NCBI GenBank assembly: GCA_038043285.1
Contig: JBBTCJ010000041.1
Location: forward strand, 13,826-77,825
From: Planctomycetota bacterium
GTDB taxonomy: Bacteria > Planctomycetota > Phycisphaerae > UBA1845
Direction of reading: 5' to 3'
DNA length: 64,000 bases
Under the pieces are notes generated by a model. The model saw nothing but the letters and a program-made list of their open reading frames with translations. It did not search any database and had not been told where the DNA came from. How positions within the stretch are numbered: position 1 is the first letter of the stretch; each line of letters begins with the position of its first letter. Below are positions 1 through 9,780 of the stretch, in pieces. A program made the position numbers and the translations under genes.

Positions 1-4
1 CATC

Positions 5-2842
5 GTGCAAATCCTCTGTCTGAATTACGAGTTCCCGACTCCCAATCAAGGGGAGATCAAGGGATATCTGTTGGGCATCGGCGTAGGACTGCTGCTCCTG
101 AGCGTCGCCGTCACGGTGCTCTCCCGCTCCAAGGCTGGCTCGGCGCAGGTCGAAGCGAGCGGCGGGACGGGGATGATAGGCGCCGCGACGTGGCGCGGGT
201 CAGCGTCCGCCCTGCGAGCGGCTCAGGTTCTTGCGGGGCTGTACGTCCTTTGGTCCTTCGCCAGTAGCCGATGGTCCAGCGCTCCCGACCTCTCCGTGGG
301 AGGCAGCGTCGTTCTGGCCATCCAATTCCTCTGGGCCTTCGGTATTGCGCACACCCTGGACGAACGATCGGGCAGAATCGCGTGTCGCATCATGGTCGTT
401 GCTCTCGGCCTCGCGTCGGGATGCGCGGTTTGGTACTACTATGGTCGAAACCCCGTGCTGCCGGCCAAGTTCCCCTTTGGGAACCCTTCGTTTCTGGCCG
501 CAAGCCTCATCCCCTGCATTGTTCTGTGCATGGCGTTCATGCTGAATGTCCTGCCGGCTAAGGATCCTCCGACGAGAGCACGAACCGCTGCGGCATGGGC
601 GATTGTCGCGGCGGTCGCGCTGGCGCTTTCCGGCTTGGCCATGGCGTTGGCCAACTCGCGCGGTCCGGCGGTCGGACTCGCCTTTGGAGTCCTCGCGCTG
701 GCGTTTTTCACCTTGCGAGGAAGGTGGCGCTTCGTCGCGGTCTTCGCCGCCATCGCGTTTGTTGCGGTCGGATTCACCTACTTCAGCGGAACGCTTGACG
801 ACGCCTCCCCAACGGGCCGGACGGCCTCGGCGCGATTTCGCGTTTATGCTTGGAGTTACGCGTGGCGAATGTTCACGGATCGCCCGATCGTAGGGCACGG
901 GCAAGGGGGCTACGCGCTTCACGCGGACGCCTTCACCGTGGACGACATTCTTGCGGACCCACTACCGTTCGTGGGCCGGGTGGATCACGCGCATAACGAA
1001 TGGCTGGAGGTGCTGGCCGATCTGGGGATTGTCGGCGGCGTCCTGGCTCTCGCGGTGCTGCTTCTGACCCTGGTCGCCTGTTTCCGGTCCATGCACCTTG
1101 CATCCTCGCGCGAGGGACGGTGGATGCAAGCGGGATGCGCCGCGAGCCTGGTTGGCCTGGCGGTCTCGGAATGTTTCGGCGTCGGGCTGAGGGTCTGCGA
1201 AACGCCGACGTTTTTTTACTCCGTCCTTGGAATCGCGTGGGCGGGTGCGCGGCAATCCGCGCCCTCGCTGGTGGATATCGGATCGCGGGGCCGCCTCGGT
1301 CGCATGAGTGCCGCGGCGCTGGCGGGCAGCATGGGAATCCTCACCATCGCCCTTGCCCAGCAGGATTTTTTCGCCGCCCGCCAGGCATACCGCGCCGCCG
1401 CGCAGCTCCGCAGCGATGATCCGTTACCCGCGGCGGCATCGGCGCAGGCTTCGATCCGTCGTCTTTGGCCCCAGCGCGCGCTGGTCAATCGCGCGCAGCT
1501 TTGCGATGTCTATTTGACGCTTGCCGATCGGTATCAAAGAAGAGCGGTTGACCGGGCGCGAAGGGCGGAAGAGTCCGTGCCCCAGGATCCACGATTGCGG
1601 CAGTTGGCGGACGTCGATTTCGCGGAGGCGGAGGCCTACACGACCTCGGCCGCACGCGAGTTGAAAGAGTTGGTTTCGCGGTCGCCGTCCTTCCTGAATA
1701 TCGGGTTGCTGGAGTTCCGGGTGAACGTGCTTAGTGCCCGAGCCGCCGCCGCGAAAAGCGACTTGGCGGCAAGCGAAGCATTCATCCGTAACGCCGGATC
1801 GGCTCTGGAGCGCGAGATGCGTCGCCAGCCTTTCGAGCCATCGCTGGTCGTGGACTACATGCGGGTGGCGGGCGGCGACTTGGATTCGCCGTCGGCCCTA
1901 CAGCGTCTTGCAAGACCGCTGCGTCATCACCGCCTTGGCGAGGCGTATTTGAGCGTGCTTCGCTACTTCGCCCAAGATGAAGTATTCATGCGCGGCATGG
2001 AGGGAGAGATCGGCAAAACCATCGCCCGCACGCTATCAAGCGATGCGGAGGATCGGGCCGCTGCTGCAAACGAGTGGGGTCCGGAGAGGCTTCGCCTGGG
2101 CGCCGCGCTGTTCTTTTTGGCTGATCGCACGGAGGACGCCGCTCGAACCCTCGACGTAGGCGCTGCGGCGTACGAATCGCTCGCTGCCGCGGCGCCGCTC
2201 GGCGCCGCGGCGTTCTTCGCGGAGTTGGCGGACATGCGGTTTTTCGCAGCCCCGCGATCGCCGCTGCGGGCGTTGGTCGCCGCGCGGCGGGCCATCGAGA
2301 TCGCCCCGGATTCCCAAGACGGGCGCGAACTGCGCGACTTGATTCGCCAGAGAACGATCTACTATCACCTCGCCGGCGACCAGGCGGCGGAGGCGCTGGA
2401 AGTCTTGCGAGCGACGGCCCCCGCCGACGCCCCGGAGGAGGCCGCTCGACATGAACTCGGCGTTCGTTACCAACGCCTGGCTGAATCCATTCTTACTCGT
2501 CGCCGCGAACTCCTCCGCCGGCAGGACGACGAGGGTCAGGAGATTCGGACGGCGCTGGGGCGCTGGCTGGACCGCGCCATCGAACTGGCGCCGGATGAGT
2601 TCCCCGCGTACTTCTTGGCGGCGGACCTTGCCTTGTTTCAGTCCGATCCCGCCGCCGCGGCGCGACAACTCGAACAGGCTCTGCAAAGGGGGCTGGACCC
2701 GGTCGCCGCGCAGGATCTTCTCGATGCCGCTGGCGAAAACGGCATTCACCACCCAGCGCTGGATTCGTTGCGCAAACGGATTTCTCCGCCGGCCGACGAC
2801 GAGCCGGCCAAGCACGACGGGGAACAACCATCGCCCGATTGA
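5..2842 (+). CDS. O-antigen ligase/polymerase-like (Wzy_C-type) polytopic membrane protein with a long C-terminal helical-repeat (TPR-like) extension
   Basis: 945-codon ORF starting at the window edge. The first in-frame codon is GTG at 5, so the true N-terminus may lie upstream. The first ~450 aa are stacked hydrophobic helices and include 'GHGQGGY...HAHNEWLEVLADLGIVGG', the loop/helix signature typical of O-antigen ligase family proteins. The last ~480 aa are Ala/Arg/Leu-rich helical repeats. Confidence 0.6.
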   Translation: MQILCLNYEFPTPNQGEIKGYLLGIGVGLLLLSVAVTVLSRSKAGSAQVEASGGTGMIGAATWRGSASALRAAQVLAGLYVLWSFASSRWSSAPDLSVGGSVVLAIQFLWAFGIAHTLDERSGRIACRIMVVALGLASGCAVWYYYGRNPVLPAKFPFGNPSFLAASLIPCIVLCMAFMLNVLPAKDPPTRARTAAAWAIVAAVALALSGLAMALANSRGPAVGLAFGVLALAFFTLRGRWRFVAVFAAIAFVAVGFTYFSGTLDDASPTGRTASARFRVYAWSYAWRMFTDRPIVGHGQGGYALHADAFTVDDILADPLPFVGRVDHAHNEWLEVLADLGIVGGVLALAVLLLTLVACFRSMHLASSREGRWMQAGCAASLVGLAVSECFGVGLRVCETPTFFYSVLGIAWAGARQSAPSLVDIGSRGRLGRMSAAALAGSMGILTIALAQQDFFAARQAYRAAAQLRSDDPLPAAASAQASIRRLWPQRALVNRAQLCDVYLTLADRYQRRAVDRARRAEESVPQDPRLRQLADVDFAEAEAYTTSAARELKELVSRSPSFLNIGLLEFRVNVLSARAAAAKSDLAASEAFIRNAGSALEREMRRQPFEPSLVVDYMRVAGGDLDSPSALQRLARPLRHHRLGEAYLSVLRYFAQDEVFMRGMEGEIGKTIARTLSSDAEDRAAAANEWGPERLRLGAALFFLADRTEDAARTLDVGAAAYESLAAAAPLGAAAFFAELADMRFFAAPRSPLRALVAARRAIEIAPDSQDGRELRDLIRQRTIYYHLAGDQAAEALEVLRATAPADAPEEAARHELGVRYQRLAESILTRRRELLRRQDDEGQEIRTALGRWLDRAIELAPDEFPAYFLAADLALFQSDPAAAARQLEQALQRGLDPVAAQDLLDAAGENGIHHPALDSLRKRISPPADDEPAKHDGEQPSPD

Positions 2843-3160
2843 TCTCGCCGAAAGGAACCCCAGGTGGCCACGGCATCCTGGCGGGATCTTCGCTGGCCGA
2901 GGGCCCCGCTACACAGTGTTCTGTAGGCCTCTCCAGGACCATTGGAACCGAGCCGTCGGAGCAAAGGTGATCGTCCGGTTGCCACCAGTCCGACGTGCGT
3001 CTACTCTTGCAGGGTTCCGGCGGCGTAGCCAGCGAGATGATCGGGCTTGCGCGTCTCTGTGGGTGCGGCGCCGAGAATTCTTGCGTTTCTCTGTCCGGGC
3101 CGAAGAATCCCACGCCGACGTCGTGTCGGCAGGTGCACGTGAATCGAGGCATTTAGGGCG

Positions 3161-4432
3161 ATGATCAAGCTTTTCCACGACGTCCTTCCCAACGGAATCG
3201 AGTGCGGCGTGGCCGAGGCGGCGGGGAGGCACGTTGTCTCGTTTCAGGTGCGCGTCCTCGCGGGGCACGTGAACGAACCCGTCGACAGGCTGGGGTTGGC
3301 GCGAATCGTGGAAGGGACCATCGACAAGGGCACGCCGAAGCGATCCGCGCAGGAGCTTTCCGACGCCTTTGACGACATCGGCGCGGTGCGCGGCGCGGGT
3401 TCGGGGCGCGAAACAACGACCTTCACGTGCACGGTGCTTCCCGAACATCTCGACCGCGCTCTTGAACTTCATGCGGAGATGCTCCGCACCCCGACGCTCC
3501 CCTCGAAGGCGGTGGAAGTGAACGTCGAGCTGGCACGCCAGGAACTTACCGCCCTGCAGGATGACCCGCAGGGTCTGGTGGAGAAACATATCACGCCGAG
3601 GGCGTACGGTCCGGTGCTTGGCCGCCACCCGCTGGGTGAGCCGACGACCCTCAACCACATCACCCGATCGGACGTCGAACAATTCTGGAAGGCGCACTAC
3701 CACAATGGACGGATCGTGGCGGTGTTCGCGGGGCCGGTCGGCCCGAATGCCGCGGCGGACCTGCTCGGTCGCCACTTCGACGGATTCGGTGAACGCCGAG
3801 CGCAGGGCCGCGAAGCTCAGGAATTCATCTTTACTCCCGGAAGGACGCACGTTATCAAGGCCCTCGAACAGCAGCAGATGGCGATCTGCTGGCCCGGAGT
3901 CGACGCGACGCATCTCGATTTCCCGGTGCAGCAAGTCGCGCTGGGGATCCTTTCCGGCGGCATGAGCGGCAGGCTGTTCACCGAAGTGCGGGAGAAGCGG
4001 GGCCTCGTCTATTGGGTGAGCGCCTGGCAGGACACTCCGCGTGGCGTGGGTATGATGTTCCTCGGCGCCTCGACGACTCCCGATCGTTGCGACGAAACCT
4101 ATGCAACGATGCTCCGCGAGGTCGACCGCCTTTCCGAGGACATCGAAGACGACGAACTGCGGCGGGCCGTCACCGGCCTGGTCGCCGCCCACGACACCCG
4201 TGGAGATTCCACGCGCGCGCGGTGCGTCGAAATCGGAAACGACCTGTTCTTCTTTGGAAGACCAATTCCCCTGGAGGAGAAGGTGGCCAAACTCGAAGCC
4301 GTCACCATCAACGACGTGCGTCGGTACCTCGCGGAACATCGGCGCGATCAGCTCTGCGTACTCACGCTCGGACCCAGACCTCTGTCCGCGTCGGGGTGCG
4401 TGTCGCCTGCAGCGGTGGAGGCAGCTCAATGA
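3161..4432 (+). CDS. M16 (pitrilysin/insulinase) family peptidase, probably the non-catalytic subunit
   Basis: 423 aa with an ATG start and an M16-like layout. The zinc-motif position reads 'GLARIVEGTIDKGT' instead of HxxEH. Its TGA stop overlaps the next gene's ATG (ATGA at 4429-4432), suggesting a coupled heterodimer pair. Confidence 0.8.
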   Translation: MIKLFHDVLPNGIECGVAEAAGRHVVSFQVRVLAGHVNEPVDRLGLARIVEGTIDKGTPKRSAQELSDAFDDIGAVRGAGSGRETTTFTCTVLPEHLDRALELHAEMLRTPTLPSKAVEVNVELARQELTALQDDPQGLVEKHITPRAYGPVLGRHPLGEPTTLNHITRSDVEQFWKAHYHNGRIVAVFAGPVGPNAAADLLGRHFDGFGERRAQGREAQEFIFTPGRTHVIKALEQQQMAICWPGVDATHLDFPVQQVALGILSGGMSGRLFTEVREKRGLVYWVSAWQDTPRGVGMMFLGASTTPDRCDETYATMLREVDRLSEDIEDDELRRAVTGLVAAHDTRGDSTRARCVEIGNDLFFFGRPIPLEEKVAKLEAVTINDVRRYLAEHRRDQLCVLTLGPRPLSASGCVSPAAVEAAQ

Positions 4433-5688
4433 CGAATAACGCCCCGGCCGACGATCGCTACGTCGTCCACCGACTCGCCAACGGATTGCAGGTGATCATC
4501 GAGAGGATGCCCGACGTTCGCAGCGCCGCCGCCGGATTCTACGTGTGCACAGGGGCGCGCGACGAGACGCCGGAAGTCGCCGGTGTATCCCACTTCCTCG
4601 AACACATGATGTTCAAGGGTACGAGCAAACGGTCATGGCGCGAGATCACCATCGACTTTGACGCCATGGGAAGCAGCTACAACGCCTACACCAGCGAGGA
4701 TCGGACGGTCTACTACGGCTGGGTTCGCAGGGGCGATATCGAGCGGCAGATCGAACTGCTCTCCGACATGATGCGCTCGACGCTGCCTCCCGCGGAGTTT
4801 GGCACGGAAAAGAACGTCATCCTGGAAGAGATCGCTATGGCCAAGGACAACCTCGACCATCTCGCGTTCGATTTTCTGCAGGAGCAGGTGTTCGCGGGCC
4901 ACTCACTCGCCTGGCCCGTCCTGGGGTATGAGAGCACCGTCGGATCGTTGCAGCGCGATCGGATGGGGGAGTACATGCAGCGCCGATACGCCCCCAACAA
5001 CATGTGGCTGGTCGTCGCGGGCAACGTCGATGTGCCGGCGGTCATCACCGTAGCGGAGCGATGCTGCGGGGCTTGGAAAACCGTGGAGGATGCGTCGAGG
5101 CGGACGCCGCCGCCGGTCCACAAGGGCGTCGGAAAATTGGTCGTCGATCGCTTCCGGCAGCAGATCGTCGCGCTGACCTTCCCCTCCGTGAGCGCACGGG
5201 ATCCGCGGGCCGAGACGGTGGCGGCGGCGGTGCAGATTCTCGGCGGGGACAATTCACGGTTCTTCTGGAATATCGTTCAGAAGGGAATTGCTCCGCGCGC
5301 CGGTGCGCATCACCTGGATTATACCGACAGCGGCGTGTTCATCCTCTATGGGAGCTGCGAGCCGGAGCGGGCCGACGCATTGCTGGAGGCCATGCGGAAC
5401 GAGGCCTCCAGAATCTGCTCGGAGCCTGTGCTGGAGCGCGAAGTCGAGCGGGTCAAGAACAGACGGCGCACGAGCTTGGCGATGGACGCGGAAACCCCGT
5501 ATTGTCGCCTCACGCAGTTGATGGACGACATGGAGTGTTACGGCCGACCCCGGACCGTCGAGGAAACGCTGGCCGAGGTCGAAACCGTCACTGCGAAAAG
5601 TGTTCACGAATACCTCCAGGCATTCCCCATTGACCGGGAGGGGTATCTCATCAGCGTCGGCCCGCGTGATTGGCCGGAGGCTGGATGA
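4429..5688 (+). CDS. M16 family zinc peptidase, catalytic subunit
   Basis: ATG at 4429. The track ORF from 4012 runs inside the upstream gene. 'VSHFLEHMMFKGT' carries the HxxEH inverted zinc motif of M16 peptidases. 419 aa. Confidence 0.85.
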   Translation: MTNNAPADDRYVVHRLANGLQVIIERMPDVRSAAAGFYVCTGARDETPEVAGVSHFLEHMMFKGTSKRSWREITIDFDAMGSSYNAYTSEDRTVYYGWVRRGDIERQIELLSDMMRSTLPPAEFGTEKNVILEEIAMAKDNLDHLAFDFLQEQVFAGHSLAWPVLGYESTVGSLQRDRMGEYMQRRYAPNNMWLVVAGNVDVPAVITVAERCCGAWKTVEDASRRTPPPVHKGVGKLVVDRFRQQIVALTFPSVSARDPRAETVAAAVQILGGDNSRFFWNIVQKGIAPRAGAHHLDYTDSGVFILYGSCEPERADALLEAMRNEASRICSEPVLEREVERVKNRRRTSLAMDAETPYCRLTQLMDDMECYGRPRTVEETLAEVETVTAKSVHEYLQAFPIDREGYLISVGPRDWPEAG

Positions 5689-5852
5689 AGTGTTTGCCGC
5701 TCTGGAGATTTGCGGACGGCCGGGCTGTTAGGCCGAGGCTCGATCGCCCCCACGGCGAACCTGAAAAGAGAATGGTCATCTGACACCCGGGGATAGGGCT
5801 GCAAGTAAAGGTATTTGCAACCCGCCGTCGAGTCGCCGGGAATAAGTCTTCC

Positions 5853-6683
5853 ATGAGCTCAACTTCCCCAATAGAAGTCACCGTGGTGTTCGACGCCTCG
5901 AGGGGGGGACGAAAACGCTTGCGCGCCACACGGCTCGGTGTTGCTCGCCCCGGCCGCGTGATGCGGCTTGCCCTCGGGCTTTCCACGTTCATCGTCGTCG
6001 GGGCGAACTACTACGTCGCGTGGTGGAAAGTGGATCCCTTCCTGTATCTGACGATGATGATGAAGACCCCGGTCACGGTCGCCAACTCGTCCGGCCTCAG
6101 TCAGGCCGGCGCCATTTTTGGACTTCCCCCTTCCCGCAGCACCGCGCCGAGCGACGTGGACGCGGTCCAGCCGGCGGTCCCGGCGCCCCCAGCCCTCAGC
6201 ACCACGGCGGCGCAGGGTATCATCTGGGGGGGAGCGTACGGTTGGCTGACGCTCTGCACCGTCGCTCTATGTTCGCTTGGGGTCGTGGCGGGGGCGATGC
6301 TGCGGTCCGCACTCGGCGGGTGGATACGCGCCGTGGGTGTGATCGGGGTTTTGTGCGTCGGGGCTGGATTGGCGTACGGCATTTACTGGGAGCTGATGAC
6401 CCATGGGACGTTCCTGTCCACGCACATTCGAGTCGGAATGGGCGGGGTTGTTGCCCTTTTCGTCGGTACCGGACTAGCGACACACGCATCGCCGCGACGC
6501 TGGGCCCGGGCTTCGGGGATTTTGACGGTGTTCGCCGCCTTAGGAACCGTCGCGGGCATTTACCTCGGAAACCGGGCCGATGCGATTGAACCGCAATACG
6601 CCACTCCGCTGGCTTTGGCGACGGCCTTTGCAATCCATTCCGCCTGGGGGTTTGTCATGCTCACTGCGTCTCGGCGAGTCTGA
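5853..6683 (+). CDS. hypothetical polytopic membrane protein
   Basis: 276 aa with an ATG start. Several hydrophobic segments are present ('GLSTFIVVGANYYVAWW', 'GWLTLCTVALCSLGVVAGAML', 'VGVIGVLCVGAGLAYGIYW', 'VVALFVGTGLA'). I recognise no family. Confidence 0.5.
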   Translation: MSSTSPIEVTVVFDASRGGRKRLRATRLGVARPGRVMRLALGLSTFIVVGANYYVAWWKVDPFLYLTMMMKTPVTVANSSGLSQAGAIFGLPPSRSTAPSDVDAVQPAVPAPPALSTTAAQGIIWGGAYGWLTLCTVALCSLGVVAGAMLRSALGGWIRAVGVIGVLCVGAGLAYGIYWELMTHGTFLSTHIRVGMGGVVALFVGTGLATHASPRRWARASGILTVFAALGTVAGIYLGNRADAIEPQYATPLALATAFAIHSAWGFVMLTASRRV

Positions 6684-6765
6684 GCACTCCAACGATGTCC
6701 CTTTTCTTTACCAAACCGTGGGCTTCCGCCCGCGCCATCCTAACGTCGATCCGTTTGCGCGTTGG

Positions 6766-9477
6766 TTACGAACCAGGTCGATTGCCCTGCACATCCACTT
6801 CGATCGGCGCGGGAACGGCTCCTTCGATCTGCTGAAGAATTGATTTTTTATCGCCAACCAGCACGAGGACGCCGTTTTCCAGGGGCAATGCCTTCTTCGC
6901 CAGCCCGTTCAGTTGTTCCGCGCCGGTCGATTGCATCGCCTCCATGTCCCGCCCGAGCGTATCGAAGGGGACTCCCGCGACCACCCGCCCTGCCGCTTCG
7001 CCCAACACTCCGCCCAGACCCGCGAAGGATTGAATAACGTCGGTCCGCAATGTCTCGCGTGCCTTACCCGCCTCCTCGGCGGAGACGTCTCCTTCCCGCA
7101 TTCGCTTGAACTCGTGCAAGAACTCCTTCACCGCTTCGCCAGTCACGTCCGCCCGGACGCTGGAGTTGGCGACGGCGAACCCCACGTTGCGACCCATGAC
7201 GAAACTGGACCTCGCGCCGTAGGTGTATCCGTGGTTTTCGCGCAGGTTCATGTTGAGGCGACTCGTGAAGCTCCCGCCAAGCAGGGTGTTGAGAAGGTTG
7301 TACTGCACGCGGTTGGCGTCGCCGAACCGCGGTCCGGGCATGAGGAACCGGACCACCGTTTGAACCGCCTCCGGGCGATCGACGACGTAAACCCGCAATC
7401 CGGTAGAGGTCGGAATCGGCAGGTCGGTGGTGGGCGGCGCGGCCTGCAACGAGGACTTCCAATCGCCAAGCATCCGTTCCAGTGAGTCCTTCGCTTCGCC
7501 GGGCGAAATGTCGCCGGCCAGCAGGATCGTCGCAAATTCTGGGCGCACGTACTTCTCGTAATCCTTGCGAACGTCGTCCAGCGACAGCTTTTCAACGGTC
7601 TGCAACGTACCCCCGACGGGACGCCCGTACGGATGCTCGTCGCCAAACAGAATCCTCGATGCAACCCGCGACGCCACGACTTGAGGCTGATCATCCTGCT
7701 GCTTCAGGTCGTCAAGGTGTAGACGCTTGACCCGTTCCCATTCGGCTCCCTCGAATCGCGGCCTGCGGATCGCGTCCACCGCAAGCTGAAGCCCCTTGTC
7801 GAAGTTCCGCTTGAGCACCGTCATGCCTGCGTTGACGCTATCGTGATCGGCCCAGGTGCTGAAGTCCGCGCCCAAGGCTTGTACGGCGTCCTCGAAGGCC
7901 AGTGCGCCAAGATCACCCGCGCCTTCATCCATCATGTCGGCCGCAAGGTACACAGCGCCGGCCCGCTCCGGCTGGCTGACAAAACCCCCCGTCTGGAACA
8001 CGAATCGCGACGCTACCAAGGGAAGTTCCGCTTTGGGCCAGAGCATCACTTTCACGCCATTTTTGAGTTGAAAGGTTTCCGGTGAAGGCGGAGCAAACGG
8101 ACCGCCGACCGCAATCCCCGGCTGGGCGTCCCGCGCGGAAGCCGCCTTCGGAGGCGCCTCCGGCAACACGTGCACAATGACCCGAGCCTCCGGAGTAAGG
8201 ACTCGCCCTGCCCACGTCCTCATGCCCTCCGCCGTGGCGGAGCGGTAGCGATCCAAATCTTTCTTGAACGAATCCGGTTCCCCGAGGTGAAACAAATACG
8301 CGTTCAGCTGGTCCGCCTTCGCTTCGACGCTTTGGAGCCGTCGAAGCATGTTCAACTCAATCGTCGCCTTATGCCGTTCCAGTTCCTCGGCCGTCGGCCC
8401 CTTCTCGACAAACCTGGCAATCTCCTCGTCGATCGCCCGCTCAACCTTGGCGAGGTCCGTGTTCGGAGGCGTCATTGCGCCAACGCGAAACTCCGATCCC
8501 AACAGCAGGGAACCCTGATAGGCGAACACTTCGGTGGCCAACTTTTCATCGTAGACAAGCCGCTTGTAGAGTCGGCTGCTCTTGCCTTGCGTAAGGACCG
8601 CGGAAATGAGGTCCATCTCCGCGTCGCCGTCCTCGTAAGCCGCCGGGCTGTGGTAGGCGATCGCCACCATGGGCAATTGCACCTTGTCCACCATCGTCGC
8701 GCGCTTGACACCGTCCAGTTTCGGCGCGGGCGCGGTCCGATGGGCGACCTGCGGTCCTCGGGGCAGTGATGCGAACACGTCGTTGATCGTCGCCTTGATC
8801 GTCGCGGGGTCGAAATCGCCCGCAACGCAGAGACTCACGTTGTTAGGAACGTAATAGGTGGCAAAGAAGTCTTTCACGTCGGCGACCGCGGCCGCCTCAA
8901 GGTCTTCGTGTGTTCCAATGACCGGAATGTGGTAAGGATGCCCAACGGGATAAAGCATTCCCTGAATCTGAAGCTCGGCCTTGCCGTAGGGACGATTCTC
9001 GTAGCTTTGGCGACGTTCGTTGCGAACCACGTCGCGCTGCTTGTCTAATTTCTCCTGGTCCATCGTCCGGGCGAGATCCTCCAGCCGATCGGCGTCCAGC
9101 CACAGCAACGTCGGCAGCAGTTCCCTGGGGCCCGACGAGAAATAGTTCGTCCGGTCCTCGCTGGTGCTGGCGTTGTTCGCTCCACCGCCGCCCTCCATGA
9201 TCGTGTCGAACTTGTTGCCGGGGACCCGCTCAGTGCCCATGAACATCAGGTGCTCAAAGAGGTGGGCGAATCCGCTGCGCCGCGTCACCTCGTCTTTGGA
9301 TCCCACCCGATACCAGAGGTTGATCGCCCCCACGGGTAGACTATGGTCCTCATGCAGGATCACCGTCATCCCGTTGTCCAGCATGTACTTTTCGTATTTG
9401 ACTTGCTGGGCCAGGGATGCTTCGCCGCCCAACGCCAACAACGCCAGCGTCCATACGACCTCGTGCCGCCGAGACAT
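6766..9477 (-). CDS. secreted double-length M16 family zinc peptidase
   Basis: 903 aa with an ATG start and a signal-like N-terminus 'VVWTLALLALGGEASLAQQ'. 'FAHLFEHLMFMGT' is the HxxEH motif. The length fits two tandem M16 active/inactive domain pairs. Confidence 0.85.
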   Translation of the reverse strand: MSRRHEVVWTLALLALGGEASLAQQVKYEKYMLDNGMTVILHEDHSLPVGAINLWYRVGSKDEVTRRSGFAHLFEHLMFMGTERVPGNKFDTIMEGGGGANNASTSEDRTNYFSSGPRELLPTLLWLDADRLEDLARTMDQEKLDKQRDVVRNERRQSYENRPYGKAELQIQGMLYPVGHPYHIPVIGTHEDLEAAAVADVKDFFATYYVPNNVSLCVAGDFDPATIKATINDVFASLPRGPQVAHRTAPAPKLDGVKRATMVDKVQLPMVAIAYHSPAAYEDGDAEMDLISAVLTQGKSSRLYKRLVYDEKLATEVFAYQGSLLLGSEFRVGAMTPPNTDLAKVERAIDEEIARFVEKGPTAEELERHKATIELNMLRRLQSVEAKADQLNAYLFHLGEPDSFKKDLDRYRSATAEGMRTWAGRVLTPEARVIVHVLPEAPPKAASARDAQPGIAVGGPFAPPSPETFQLKNGVKVMLWPKAELPLVASRFVFQTGGFVSQPERAGAVYLAADMMDEGAGDLGALAFEDAVQALGADFSTWADHDSVNAGMTVLKRNFDKGLQLAVDAIRRPRFEGAEWERVKRLHLDDLKQQDDQPQVVASRVASRILFGDEHPYGRPVGGTLQTVEKLSLDDVRKDYEKYVRPEFATILLAGDISPGEAKDSLERMLGDWKSSLQAAPPTTDLPIPTSTGLRVYVVDRPEAVQTVVRFLMPGPRFGDANRVQYNLLNTLLGGSFTSRLNMNLRENHGYTYGARSSFVMGRNVGFAVANSSVRADVTGEAVKEFLHEFKRMREGDVSAEEAGKARETLRTDVIQSFAGLGGVLGEAAGRVVAGVPFDTLGRDMEAMQSTGAEQLNGLAKKALPLENGVLVLVGDKKSILQQIEGAVPAPIEVDVQGNRPGS

Positions 9478-9780
9478 GATTCGGGCTCCTTGGTGTGATA
9501 TCTAAAGAACAAAGCGAGCGCGCCATTCGCTCCGCGACCGTCGGGGAGCCGCTCGGTCTGCCTCCCCGATGCGCCTGCGACCGCTCACCAGCGACCTCGG
9601 CACGTTCGAGCCAATCTCGTTCGCTGCATGGGATTGGACAACGCGTTGCCGTCCCTTTCAAGCGGTCATACTCCAGCCCGAAGTGTAGGGTCAACCAACG
9701 CCGTCGGCAATCGTCAGAAGCTGCCGAAGTACGCCGTCCAATGAATGAAGTGCGGGACCGCCGAGAGCGTCTGCGGCCTG

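Noticed and set aside
2909-4429. 506-codon minus-strand ORF
   Set aside because: It is fully antisense to the two M16 peptidase genes. Its composition is Arg/Ala/Gly-rich and low in complexity, with no recognisable motif. This is a typical shadow ORF in GC-rich DNA.
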